A stretch of DNA of 24,000 nt from an uncultured Actinomycetes bacterium (GCA_963805615.1 CAWDUW010000001.1:514899-538898); one strand, 5' to 3'; shown: positions 16,112 to 24,000, counted from the first letter of the stretch. Numbers and translations: made by a program. The notes: generated from the letters alone by a model not told the origin.

Positions 16112-17597
16112 CTACCGCTGGCCCTCGGCCGCGACCTTGAGGATCGAGCCGTCGATCAGCCATTCGACGGGCGCGCGGTCGTCGGTGTAGACGGTCCCGC
16201 CGCGCAGCCCGGGCTCGATCCGGCGCGCGGTCTGTGCGGCCACGGGCAGGAGCGGCGCCGGGATGGCGCCCACCGTCGCCGCGCGCCGGCCCGAGGCCAG
16301 GCCGACGAGCATCGTGTTCACCCGCTCGCTGGGGTCGCGCAGGACCAGCGGGAACGCCTCGGCCATCGTCGCGGAGAGAACCTTCTCCAGTGCGTCGCTG
16401 TCCTCGGGGTGCCCGACGTTCACGATCACGATCCCGCCGGGGTTCAGGTGCTCCGCGGCGAGCCGGAAGAACTCCTTCGTGGCGAGGTAGAACGGGATGT
16501 AGGGCTGCCGGTAGGCGTCGACGAGGATCGCGTCCCAGCGGCGTGCCGAGGTGCGCAGGAAGGGCCGCGCGTCAGCGGTGTGCACGTGCAGGTTCGGCCC
16601 GCCCATGTCGAACAGGCGCCGGCCCACGCCGGTCAGCTCACGGTCGATCTCGACGGCGTCGACGCGCGTGCGCGGGAAGTAGTGCCCGTAGGCCCGCGCG
16701 GTGGTGCCGGCGGCGTTGCCGAGGATCGCGATCGAGCGCGGCGCGCGGCCCGTCAGGACCGGCGGCAGCACGAGCGCCTCGTCCCAGTAGTTGCCGGTCA
16801 GCCAGCGTCCCGGCCGGTACACCGAGTGGATCGCCTGCCCCTCGTTCAGCTCCAGGCGCCGCTCCCCGTCCGGGTCCTCCACGACGCGCGCGTACTGGTA
16901 CTCCGTCTCGCGCTCCCATACGACCTTCGCCGCGTCGGCCGTCTTGATCGTCCCGACGGGCGCGAGCAGCAGCAGTGCGCCCGCGGCCGGGATGAGGATC
17001 CAGCGGCGCCCCAGCACCGGCGCCGCCACGACTGCGAGCGCGAGCGCGAACACCAGGAACGTGCGGCGCGTGCCGAGCAGCGGAATGAAGAGCAGCGCGC
17101 TGAGGAAGACGCCGGCGAGACTGCCGAGCGTCGAGATCGCGTACAGCCGGCCCGCGACGCGGCCCGCCTCGTCGACGGCGGTGACGCTCAGCCGCACCGC
17201 GTACGGCGCCGACGACGCCGAGGACGAACACGGGCGCCGCGATCAACACGAGCACGCCGATCAGCGAACCGACGAACGCGCCGGCCTCGACGCGATCCAG
17301 CGCGTCCACCGAGACCCGCAGGAACGGCCCGGCGACGAAGGGGACGAGCGCGAGCAGGCCCGCGGCGAGCAGCACGATCCGCGCCATCCCTCGCACGGTC
17401 GGGTCGCGGTCGGCGAGCCGGCCGCCGTACCAGTAGCCGACGCTGAGGGCGACGAGCACCGTCGCGATCGTGTTCGCCCAGACGATCGTGGAGGCTCCGA
17501 ACCACGGGGCGAGCAGCCGCGCAGCGGCGATCTCCGCGCCGAGCGACGCCGCCCCGACGACGGCGACCATGGCGATGACGAGGCGGGACTGCTGCAC
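16112..17597 (-). CDS. Fused membrane-domain / spermidine-synthase-like (polyamine aminopropyltransferase family) protein, frame-disrupted near 17205-17215
   Basis: N-terminal TM-rich part in ORF 16638..17597: MQQSRLVIAMVAVVGAASLGAEIAAARLLAPWFGASTIVWANTIATVLVALSVGYWYGG.. It joins APYAVRLSVTAVDEAGRVAGRLYAISTLGSLAGVFL.. in ORF 16112..17197. The C-terminal methyltransferase-fold part reads EYQYARVVE..LELNEGQAIHS..SIAILGNAAGTTARAY..VDAVEIDRELT..WDAILVDAY. Confidence 0.75.
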
Positions 17598-17615
17598 AGG
17601 GCCGCGAACCCTACG

Positions 17616-17643
17616 GGCGCGACCGCGCCGAGGTCGCAGCGCC
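17616..17643. repeat. Inverted repeat in the divergent region between the speE-like gene and bioA
   Basis: GGCGCGACC (17616-24), loop gcgccga, GGTCGC (17632-37), a, GCGCC (17639-43). This is an 11-bp stem with one bulge, 30 nt upstream of the bioA ATG. Confidence 0.4.
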
Positions 17644-17672
17644 GTCCGCCCCGCGTCCTACGGTCCCCGGCG

Positions 17673-18989
17673 ATGAGCTCTCGCACCGCCGCCGACCTCG
17701 CCGCCGCCGACCGCGCCGTCCTCTGGCACCCGTTCACGCAGCAGCAGGGCTGGCACGACGAGGTCCCGCTCGTGATCGAGCGCGCCGAGGGCTGCACGGT
17801 CTGGGACGCCGACGGCAACGCGTACATCGACGGCACCTCGTCGCTGTGGTGCAACGTCCACGGTCACCGGCATCCGCGCATCGACGCGGCCGTTCGCGAG
17901 CAGCTCGACCGCGTGGCCCACACCACGATGCTCGGGCTCACGCATCCGGGCGCGATCGAGCTGGCGGAGCGGCTGGTCGACCTGGCGCCCGACGGGCTCA
18001 GCCGCGTCTTCTACTCCGACAACGGGTCGACCGCGAACGAGATCGCGCTGAAGATGGCCTACCAGTTCCACCACCAGCGGGGTGAGTGGTGGCGGTCGGG
18101 CTTCATCTGCCTGAAGAACAGCTACCACGGGGACACGATCGGGTCGGTGTCCGTCGGCGGGATCGAGCTCTTCCACTCGCTCTACCAGCCGCTGCTGTTC
18201 GAGAGCCTGCAGGCCGAGCCCGGCGACCCGGGCGATCTCGACGCGCTGCTGACCGAGCACGGCGAGCGGATCGCCGCGGTGATCGTGGAGCCGCTCGTGC
18301 AGGGCGCGGCGGGGATCATGGTGCAGCCCGACGGGTACCTGCGCGCGGTGCGTGAGCTCTGCGACCGCCACGGGGTCTTCCTGATCTGCGACGAGGTCGC
18401 GACCGGGTTCGGGCGCACCGGGACGATGTTCGCGTGCGAGCAGGAGGGCGTGACGCCGGACTTCCTCACGCTCGCCAAAGGCGTCACCGGCGGCTACCTG
18501 CCACTCGCGGCGACGCTCACGACCGAGCGCGTCTACGAGGGCTTTCTCGGCGCACACGAGCAGTTCCGCACCTTCTTCCACGGCCACACCTACACCGGCA
18601 ACCCGCTGGCGTGCGCTGCCGCCCTCGCGACGCTCGACGTCTTCGAGGAGGAGCACACGCTCGAGCGCCTGCAGCCGAAGATCGCGCTGCTCGCCGACCT
18701 GCTCGAGGAGCACGTCGCGCCGCTCCCGCACGTCAGCGAGATCCGGCGCCGCGGCTTCATGACCGGCATCGAGCTGACCGGGTTCCCCGTCGCGACCCGG
18801 ATGGGCCACCGCGTCACGCTCGCGGCGCGAGCGCGCGGCGCGATCATCCGCCCGCTGGGCGACACGATCGTGATCATGCCGCCCCTTGCGATTCAGCCCG
18901 CTCAGCTCGAGCAGCTCGTCCGCGCCACGGCCGCAGCGATCTCCGTCGCCACGAGCGACGAGCTCGCAGCGGTCGGTCAGTCCTCGTAA
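17673..18989 (+). CDS. bioA: Adenosylmethionine-8-amino-7-oxononanoate aminotransferase
   Basis: ATG 17673. Intact 438-aa frame: [62 protein letters not shown]-like [39 protein letters not shown] (PLP Lys)..[14 protein letters not shown]. Confidence 0.92.
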   Translation: MSSRTAADLAAADRAVLWHPFTQQQGWHDEVPLVIERAEGCTVWDADGNAYIDGTSSLWCNVHGHRHPRIDAAVREQLDRVAHTTMLGLTHPGAIELAERLVDLAPDGLSRVFYSDNGSTANEIALKMAYQFHHQRGEWWRSGFICLKNSYHGDTIGSVSVGGIELFHSLYQPLLFESLQAEPGDPGDLDALLTEHGERIAAVIVEPLVQGAAGIMVQPDGYLRAVRELCDRHGVFLICDEVATGFGRTGTMFACEQEGVTPDFLTLAKGVTGGYLPLAATLTTERVYEGFLGAHEQFRTFFHGHTYTGNPLACAAALATLDVFEEEHTLERLQPKIALLADLLEEHVAPLPHVSEIRRRGFMTGIELTGFPVATRMGHRVTLAARARGAIIRPLGDTIVIMPPLAIQPAQLEQLVRATAAAISVATSDELAAVGQSS

Positions 18990-19159
18990 GGCGTGAAGTC
19001 CTTCTTCCTCGCGCCGCAGACGGGGCAGAACCACGTGTCGGGGATGTCCTCGAACGCGGTGCCGGCGGGGATGCCGCCGTCGGGGTCACCGTCGGCCGGA
19101 TCGTAGATGAAGCCGCAGGACTCGCAGATCCAGCGTGTGATCGTCTCAATGTCAGTCAT
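18977..19159 (-). CDS. Rubredoxin
   Basis: ATG 19159 gives [60 protein letters not shown], with the two CxxC(G) iron-binding knuckles. It overlaps the bioA 3' end by 13 nt, convergently. Confidence 0.92.
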   Translation of the reverse strand: MTDIETITRWICESCGFIYDPADGDPDGGIPAGTAFEDIPDTWFCPVCGARKKDFTPYED

Positions 19160-19195
19160 CTGTCGCCGCAGGGTAGCGCAGGCGGGACGCCGGAG

Positions 19196-19210
19196 TTGAC
19201 ACGGTGTCAA
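19196..19210. promoter_or_regulatory. Perfect palindrome TTGACAC-G-GTGTCAA between the divergent rubredoxin and Nudix genes
   Basis: TTGACAC (19196-19202), g, GTGTCAA (19204-19210). It presents a TTGACA (-35 consensus) hexamer on both strands. Confidence 0.45.
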
Positions 19211-19234
19211 GCGCGGGCCGAGGGCACTGGTAGC

Positions 19235-19894
19235 GTGGGCGGCGTGAAGGTTGATCGCCCCGGTCCCGGTGAGGACCTCAACACCTCGGGCGAGACCACC
19301 GTCCCCAGGCAGGCGGCCTCCGTGATCGTCATGCGCGGCGGCGACGCGACGCTGGAGCTGCTGCTCGTCCGGCGCACGCCGCAGGCGCGCTTCATGGGCG
19401 GCGTGTGGGTCTTCCCCGGCGGCGCGGTGGACGCGCACGAGGGCGAGGGCGACGCGTCGCATCGGCTCGCCGCGATCCGCGAGCTGGAGGAGGAGGCCGG
19501 AATCTCCGGCGTCGAGCCGCAGGCGCTCGTCAAGTTCTCGCAGTGGATCACGCCGCGGCAGGTCGCGATCCGGTTCGACACGCACTTCTTCCTCGCCGTG
19601 GTTCCCGCGGAGACGCAGGTCACGATCGACGGCGATGAGATCGTCGACGAGGGATGGTTCACCCCGGTGGCGGCGCTCGAGGCGCACGGCCGCGGTGAGC
19701 TCGCGCTGGTCTTCCCGACGATCAAGCACCTCGAGCAGCTCGCGCCCTTCGCGAGCGCGACCGAGCTGCTCGGCTACGCCTCGGGGCGCGAGGTCGTGCC
19801 CGTCGAGCCGCGCGTGATCCGCGAGGGCGAGGTCGCGCGCGTCGTGCTGCCGGGCGAACCCGGCTACGACGACGGGCCGGAGCTCGTCGCGTAG
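19235..19894 (+). CDS. Nudix hydrolase
   Basis: Nudix box [29 protein letters not shown]. Intact frame to stop 19892-19894. The start is ambiguous: GTG 19235 has GAGGG 10 nt upstream, and GTG 19244 sits 7 nt after a TAGCGT -10-like hexamer (possibly leaderless). Confidence 0.8.
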   Translation: MGGVKVDRPGPGEDLNTSGETTVPRQAASVIVMRGGDATLELLLVRRTPQARFMGGVWVFPGGAVDAHEGEGDASHRLAAIRELEEEAGISGVEPQALVKFSQWITPRQVAIRFDTHFFLAVVPAETQVTIDGDEIVDEGWFTPVAALEAHGRGELALVFPTIKHLEQLAPFASATELLGYASGREVVPVEPRVIREGEVARVVLPGEPGYDDGPELVA

Positions 19895-19924
19895 CGGCGC
19901 CCCGCCGGATCGGTGGAGCTGAAG

Positions 19925-19947
19925 CCCGCTGACCGAGCTCTAGCGGG
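19925..19947. terminator. Stem-loop between the convergent Nudix and SCP2 genes
   Basis: CCCGCT (19925-30) pairs with AGCGGG (19942-47). This is nested in an outer 7-bp pairing of GATCGGT (19908-14) with ACCGATC (19948-54). Confidence 0.35.
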
Positions 19948-19964
19948 ACCGATCGCCGAAGGCG

Positions 19965-20569
19965 CTATGAAGCTGCAGGCGCGTCGCCCTCGGGCTCGGC
20001 CTGGGCCTCCGGCGCGGGCTCCTCTGCCGGCGCTTCCTCTGCCGGCGCGTTCTCAGCGACGGCGCCGGGCTCAACGGCCGGTGCGTCGCTCGGCGGCGCG
20101 GCGCCTCGTCCACCGGCGCCTCGGTCGCAGCCGCCTCCTCAGCAGCCGGCGACTCCTGCGCAGCCACCACGGTCGTCCCGCCCCCGGCCAGCCGTGCGGC
20201 ATAGAACTCGCGTGCCGGACCCACAGCCGGAACCACGCGCAGGATCGTCGCGACGGGACCCTTGGCGCGGATCAGCCCCTGCGACAGCGCGACGTGCATC
20301 GGAAGCTCGCCGGCCCAGAACCTGTGCGCCGTCTCGGCGTCGAGCGACAGCACGACTTCGGGCTTGGCCTGCGTGTCACCGAAATCGACGCCGGGCTCCT
20401 CGTCCTCCCCGAGGCGCACGGTGATGCGGGCGCTCGGGCGGCGCATCTGCCACTGGACCGTCCCGCCGATCGCGCGCAGGCGCGGACCCGCCGACTCGTC
20501 GGCGAGCATGTCCTGGAACATGCCGCCGAGCAGCGCGTACACCTGCTGATCGTCCTGGAATCGGGCCAC
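19965..20569 (-). CDS. SCP2 (sterol carrier protein 2-like) domain protein with an acidic Pro/Ala/Glu-rich tail, frame-disrupted near 20095-20105
   Basis: Proposed GTG 20569 with GAGGA 4 nt upstream: VARFQDDQQVYALLGGMFQDMLADESAGPRLRAIGGTVQWQM..VVLSLDAETAHRFWAGELPMHVALSQGLIRAKGPVATILRVVP. An alternative ATG is at 20623. After a 1-nt shift the tail reads APPSDAPAVEPGAVAENAPAEEAPAEEPAPEAQAEPEGDAPAAS*, with stop 19965-19967. Confidence 0.7.
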
Positions 20570-20760
20570 GTCGTCCTCACTGTTCGCCGTCTGGGCCGCG
20601 CCGCGCGCGGGCCGGCGCAGCATAGTCCGAGCGGGCCCGCCTCCGCGCCCCGCACTCCGCGGAGGAACCTGTCGGCCCGGCGAATTGTCCGGCCGGGAGC
20701 TGCCCGGGTTGGTACGTTGCGAACAAGGCTGCGAGAGCAACGAGCGAAGGGATCGACGAG

Positions 20761-22200
20761 ATGGCGACCACGGCGACACTGCAGAACTTCATCGGCGGCG
20801 AGAGTGCCCCGACGACCGGCGAGGGCGCCCACGAGGTCCGCAACGCCGCGACCGGCGACGTGATCGCCGAGATGGGCATCTCGAGCGCGTCCGACGTCGA
20901 CGCCGCCGTCAAAGCCGCCCGCGCCGGCTTCGAGGAGTGGAGGAACGCAACCCCGTCCGAGCGGAGCCTCGCCCTCCTGCGCATCGCGGACGAGCTGGAG
21001 GAGCGCGGCGAGGAGCTCGCGACGCTCGAGTCGGAGAACACCGGCAAGCCGCTCGCGCTGACGATCAGCGAGGAGATCCCGCCGGCTGCCGACCAGATCC
21101 GATTCATGGCCGCCGCCGCCCGCATCCTCGAGGGCACCGCGAGCGCCGAGTACATGGCCGGCCACACCTCGTCGATCCGTCGTGAGCCGATCGGTGTCTG
21201 CGGCGGCATCACGCCGTGGAACTACCCCTTCATGATGGCCGTCTGGAAGTTCGCCCCCGCGATCGCCGCCGGCAACTCGGTGATCCTGAAGCCGTCGGAG
21301 AACACGCCGAACACCACCCTCTGGCTGGCCGAGCTGATCAACAAGCACGTGCCCGCCGGCGTCTTCAACGTGATCCTCGGCAAGGGCGAGGTCGGCGAGC
21401 AGCTGGTCCGCCACGCCGGCGTCGACTTCGTCTCGCTGACCGGCTCCGTCCGCGCCGGCAAGGCGGTCGCGGCCGCCGCCGCGGACACGCTCAAGCGCGT
21501 GCATCTCGAGCTCGGCGGCAAGGCTCCCGTGATCGTCTTCGACGACGCCGACATCGAGGCCGCCGCCGAGGGCATCGCGGGCGCCGGATACTTCAACGCC
21601 GGACAGGACTGCACCGCCGCCACGCGCGTGCTCGCCGGCCCGGGGGTCTACGGCGACTTCGTGGACGCGCTCACCGAGCAGGCCAAGGGCACCGTCTACG
21701 GCAACCCGCTCGATGACAACACGTACATGGGCCCGGTCATCAGCCAGGTGCAGCGCGAGCGTGTCGGGGGCTTCATCGAGCGCACTCCGTCCCACGCCCG
21801 CGTCGCGACCGGCGGCAACGCCCCGGAGAATGGCGGCGGCTACTGGTTCGAGCCGACCGTGGTCGCCGACCTGAGGCAGGACGACGAGATGATCCAGAAC
21901 GAGATCTTCGGCCCGGTCATCACCGTGCAGCAGTTCAGCGACGAGGCCCAGGCGCTCGAGTGGGCCAACGGCGTGGACTACGGCCTCGCGTCATCGGTCT
22001 GGACGAAGGACTTCGGCCGCGCCTCGCGCATGGCCAAGGGCCTGGACTTCGGCGCCGTGTGGATCAACACCCACATCCCGATCGTCGCCGAGATGCCGCA
22101 CGGGGGCTTCAAGCAGTCCGGATACGGCAAGGACCTGGGCAAGTACGGCTTCGAGGACTACACGCGCATCAAGCACGTGATGGCGAACATCGAGAGCTAG
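20761..22200 (+). CDS. patD: NAD-dependent aldehyde dehydrogenase, gamma-aminobutyraldehyde dehydrogenase-like (PatD/YdcW type)
   Basis: ATG 20761. Intact 479-aa frame. Collinear with my memory of E. coli PatD: ..NPATGDV..GKPL..EIP..RFFAGAAR..HTS.IRR.P.GV...[58 protein letters not shown]...[15 protein letters not shown]....L..G..W.NTH....EMPHGG.K.SGYGKD. Catalytic Cys (GQDCTAA) and Glu (ELGGK) are present. Subfamily assignment is moderate. Confidence 0.85.
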   Translation: MATTATLQNFIGGESAPTTGEGAHEVRNAATGDVIAEMGISSASDVDAAVKAARAGFEEWRNATPSERSLALLRIADELEERGEELATLESENTGKPLALTISEEIPPAADQIRFMAAAARILEGTASAEYMAGHTSSIRREPIGVCGGITPWNYPFMMAVWKFAPAIAAGNSVILKPSENTPNTTLWLAELINKHVPAGVFNVILGKGEVGEQLVRHAGVDFVSLTGSVRAGKAVAAAAADTLKRVHLELGGKAPVIVFDDADIEAAAEGIAGAGYFNAGQDCTAATRVLAGPGVYGDFVDALTEQAKGTVYGNPLDDNTYMGPVISQVQRERVGGFIERTPSHARVATGGNAPENGGGYWFEPTVVADLRQDDEMIQNEIFGPVITVQQFSDEAQALEWANGVDYGLASSVWTKDFGRASRMAKGLDFGAVWINTHIPIVAEMPHGGFKQSGYGKDLGKYGFEDYTRIKHVMANIES

Positions 22201-22216
22201 CCGGGCTCCGATCACC

Positions 22217-22241
22217 GCAACCTTGGCCGCAACACGGCGTT
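22217..22241 (+). promoter_or_regulatory. ECF-type promoter candidate upstream of the sigma gene (-35 GCAAC, 16-nt spacer, -10 CGTT)
   Basis: GCAAC at 22217-22221, a 16-nt spacer, and CGTT at 22238-22241, followed by AAGGAG (22261-66) and ATG 22272. ECF-dependent promoters typically have AAC in the -35 and CGT in the -10 at about this spacing, and are often autoregulatory. Confidence 0.35.
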
Positions 22242-22271
22242 GCAGCACGAAGACACGCGGAAGGAGCGGTG

Positions 22272-23704
22272 ATGGAGGCCTCAGCACTGCCGGTCGATAC
22301 AGGGATCTTGCGGGCGCCCGCCGCCCCGGTCCTGCTGCGCCTGCGCAGCGACGAGCAGCTGGTGGCGATGTTCCGCGGCGGCAGCGAGGAGGCGTTCGGG
22401 GTCATCTGCGCCCGCTTCCAGACCCGTCTCCTGGCGTACGTGCGGCGCATGCTCCCTCCGGGCCCGCGCTCGAACGCCGAGGACGTGCTCCAGGACGTCT
22501 ACATGCGCGCCTACAGCGCGCTTCGCGCCGACGACCGTCCCGTGGCGGTCCGTGCCTGGCTCTACCGGGTCGCGCACAACCGCTGCATCGACGAGCTGCG
22601 GCGCCCGGGCGCGCAGCCGGCCGAGATCGTCGAGCAGGAGGGCGATCCGCGGCTTGACCCCGCGCTGGCCGCCGAGCGGCGCGAGCAGCTGCGCCGGCTC
22701 GTCGTCGACCTGGGCCGCCTGCCGGAGCAGCAGCGCTCCGCCCTGCTGATGCGCGAGCTCGAGGGCTTCACCTACGAGGAGCTCGGCAGCACCCTCGGCG
22801 TGACGCAGCCGGCCGTGAAGTCGCTGCTCGTGCGCGCACGGGTCGGGCTCGCCGAGGCCGCCCAGGCACGCGACGCCTCGTGCGACGACATCCGCGAGGA
22901 CCTCGCCGGGACGCGTGACCGGCGCGTTCGCACCAGCGCCCGCGCGAAGCGGCACCTGCGCGACTGCGGCGAGTGCCGCAGCTTCGACAAGGCGCTGCGC
23001 TCCACCTCACGTGATCTCGGGCTCCTCCTCCCCGGCCCCGCCGGGCTCTTCGCGATGCTCGCCGGCGTGCTCGGCGGCGGCGGCGTGGGCGCCGGCGGCG
23101 GCGCCGCCGGCGTCGTGGGCGGCGGCGGGGCTGCCGGCGTCGCGGGCGGCGGGATCGCCGCCGCCACGGCCACCAAGGTCGCGGTCGTCGTGTGCTGCGT
23201 CGCGGCGACCGCCGGCGGCGCGGCCGCCGTGAAGGTCGAGCACGTCCTGAGGCACCCGGCGCCCGTGGCCGTGAGCAGCAGCGCAGCAGCCCCCGCGTCG
23301 CGGACGGCGGCGCCCGTTCGGGTGCTCCCCGAGCCGACGCCCGCGCACCCCGTGAGCGACCCCGTGACCGCCCCGGAGCAGCCCGTCGATGCCGCCGACA
23401 CCGTGTCGCTGCCGTCGACCGGCACGGACGGGAAGCCCGGAACGACCGACGCGCCGGCGGCCGAGGGAACCAGCGGCGGCCTCGCGGGCGGCGGCGGTTC
23501 CCCCTCACCCGACGAGCCGGTCCAGGTCACGGCGGGCGCGCCGGCCGACACGACCACCACGGCCACGACGGTTCCCGCCTCCGGCCCGGCCATGACCACC
23601 GAGACCACCCCGACGCCCGCACCGCGCCCGCGCCCGCGAGCACGCCCGCGACTGCCCAGCCCGCGACGATCGCCTCGACGGCGACCGTCGCACCCGCGTC
23701 CTAG
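22272..23704 (+). CDS. ECF (sigma-70 family) sigma factor fused to a zinc-finger anti-sigma-like motif, a Gly/Ala-rich membrane segment and a Pro/Thr/Ala-rich C-terminal region. Probable frame change near ~23620.
   Basis: ATG 22272 with AAGGAG 5 nt upstream.
- Sigma region 2: EDVLQDVYMRAYSALRADDRPVAVRAWLYRVAHNRCIDELRR.
- Region 4: LPEQQRSALLMRELEGFTYEELGSTLGVTQPAVKSLLVRARVGL.
- Then C-x23-H-x3-C-x2-C (SCDDIRED..RHLRDCGEC, nt 22881-22979).
- Hydrophobic/Gly-rich 23019-23231.
- Low-complexity P/T/A-rich sequence to the end.
In the ORF 21960..23717 frame the tail turns Arg-rich at ~23622. The ORF 23192..23704 frame keeps the T/P/A style (TAPAPASTPATAQPATIASTATVAPAS*). Confidence 0.8.
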
Positions 23705-24000
23705 CCGGACGCGCTGACGGGCTCGCCGACGGCCTCGCTCGCAGCCACGGCCGGTGCGACCGGCTCGACGCGCACGGGAATGCCGTTGAGGAACGCCATG
23801 CCGGCGAGCGGCTCGAGATCGCCCGCGTCCGCGCTCGCGAGCACGTTGACGTTCACGCCGCCGGCCGCATTCGCGACGTTCCAGCCGCCGCGGTGGCCCC
23901 AGCCATGCGGCAGCGCCACGACCCCGGCGAGCATCTCGTCGGTGACGCTCACGGGAACCTCCACGGCGCCGCTCTTGGAGCTCAGCCGCGCCGTGCCGCC
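23701..24000 (-). CDS. C-terminal part of a molybdopterin-dependent oxidoreductase (molybdopterin dinucleotide-binding domain). The 5' end lies outside the window.
   Basis: The frame is open to base 24000: ..GGTARLSSKSGAVEVPVSVTDEMLAGVVALPHGWGHRGGWNVANAAGGVNVNVLAS..LEPLAGMAFLNGIPVRVEP. This is typical of the C-terminal beta-barrel domain of the DMSO-reductase/formate-dehydrogenase superfamily. Stop 23701-23703. Confidence 0.65.
   Translation of the reverse strand, partial: GGTARLSSKSGAVEVPVSVTDEMLAGVVALPHGWGHRGGWNVANAAGGVNVNVLASADAGDLEPLAGMAFLNGIPVRVEPVAPAVAASEAVGEPVSASG

Noticed and set aside
23040-23170. An imperfect (GGC)n / GCC-rich tract, considered as a possible slipped-strand contingency locus.
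   Set aside because: It is in frame and encodes the Gly/Ala-rich membrane-proximal segment of the sigma fusion protein. The repeat is too imperfect for a clean microsatellite, and I have no evidence of length variation.
1-24000. A search by eye for tRNA/rRNA genes (for example GGTTCGAATCC-type T-arms), transposase or integrase genes, terminal inverted repeats, toxin-antitoxin pairs, defence-system genes, and T1SS genes for the RTX protein.
   Set aside because: I recognised none of these. All sizeable ORFs are accounted for by housekeeping or accessory metabolic families, so I do not claim a mobile element or a defence island here.

Overview
This is a high-GC bacterial chromosome segment (by eye about 70% GC or more). 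Gene content and protein styles suggest an actinobacterium, possibly Thermoleophilia/Solirubrobacterales-like, but that is inference only. It looks like core genome, not a mobile island: I found no transposase, integrase, phage gene, CRISPR array, tRNA or rRNA.

I can support about 24 protein-coding loci:
- Plus strand, 1-5439: a 5'-truncated PhoX/DUF839-like beta-propeller gene, an SDR reductase, a GNAT acetyltransferase, and a large secreted YVTN-beta-propeller/RTX calcium-binding repeat protein. A catalytically degenerate SDR-like gene (2483-3071) lies on the minus strand among them.
- Minus-strand run: plsC, glpK, a ZnuA/TroA-type metal-binding lipoprotein, a 9-TM membrane protein with presenilin/SPP-like Asp motifs, and a GT2 glycosyltransferase.
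- Plus strand: a 70-aa biotinyl-domain protein, a YgfG/methylmalonyl-CoA-decarboxylase-like crotonase, and a badly disrupted xthA.
- Biotin genes bioB-bioF-bioD, with bioA about 1.9 kb further on. Between them lie a YciI-like gene and a fused membrane/spermidine-synthase-like gene.
- Rubredoxin, a Nudix hydrolase, an SCP2-domain protein, and a PatD-like aminobutyraldehyde dehydrogenase.
- An ECF sigma factor fused in one ORF to a zinc-finger anti-sigma motif, a Gly-rich membrane segment and a Pro/Thr/Ala-rich tail.
- The 3' end of a molybdopterin oxidoreductase.

Main caveat: at roughly 25 places a clearly recognisable protein continues in a different reading frame. These sites are strongly clustered around 11.25-12.77 kb. 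Consensus indel errors in the assembly are the likeliest cause, and genuine pseudogenisation is the alternative. All gene ends, apparent fusions and short ORFs here should be read with that in mind.

The most interesting candidates are the presenilin-like GxGD membrane protein, the sigma/anti-sigma one-polypeptide gene with an ECF-type promoter in front of it, and the RTX/beta-propeller protein with no type I secretion genes nearby. Several strong inverted or direct repeats in the few real intergenic regions are also worth checking. I did not find a convincing new multi-gene system.
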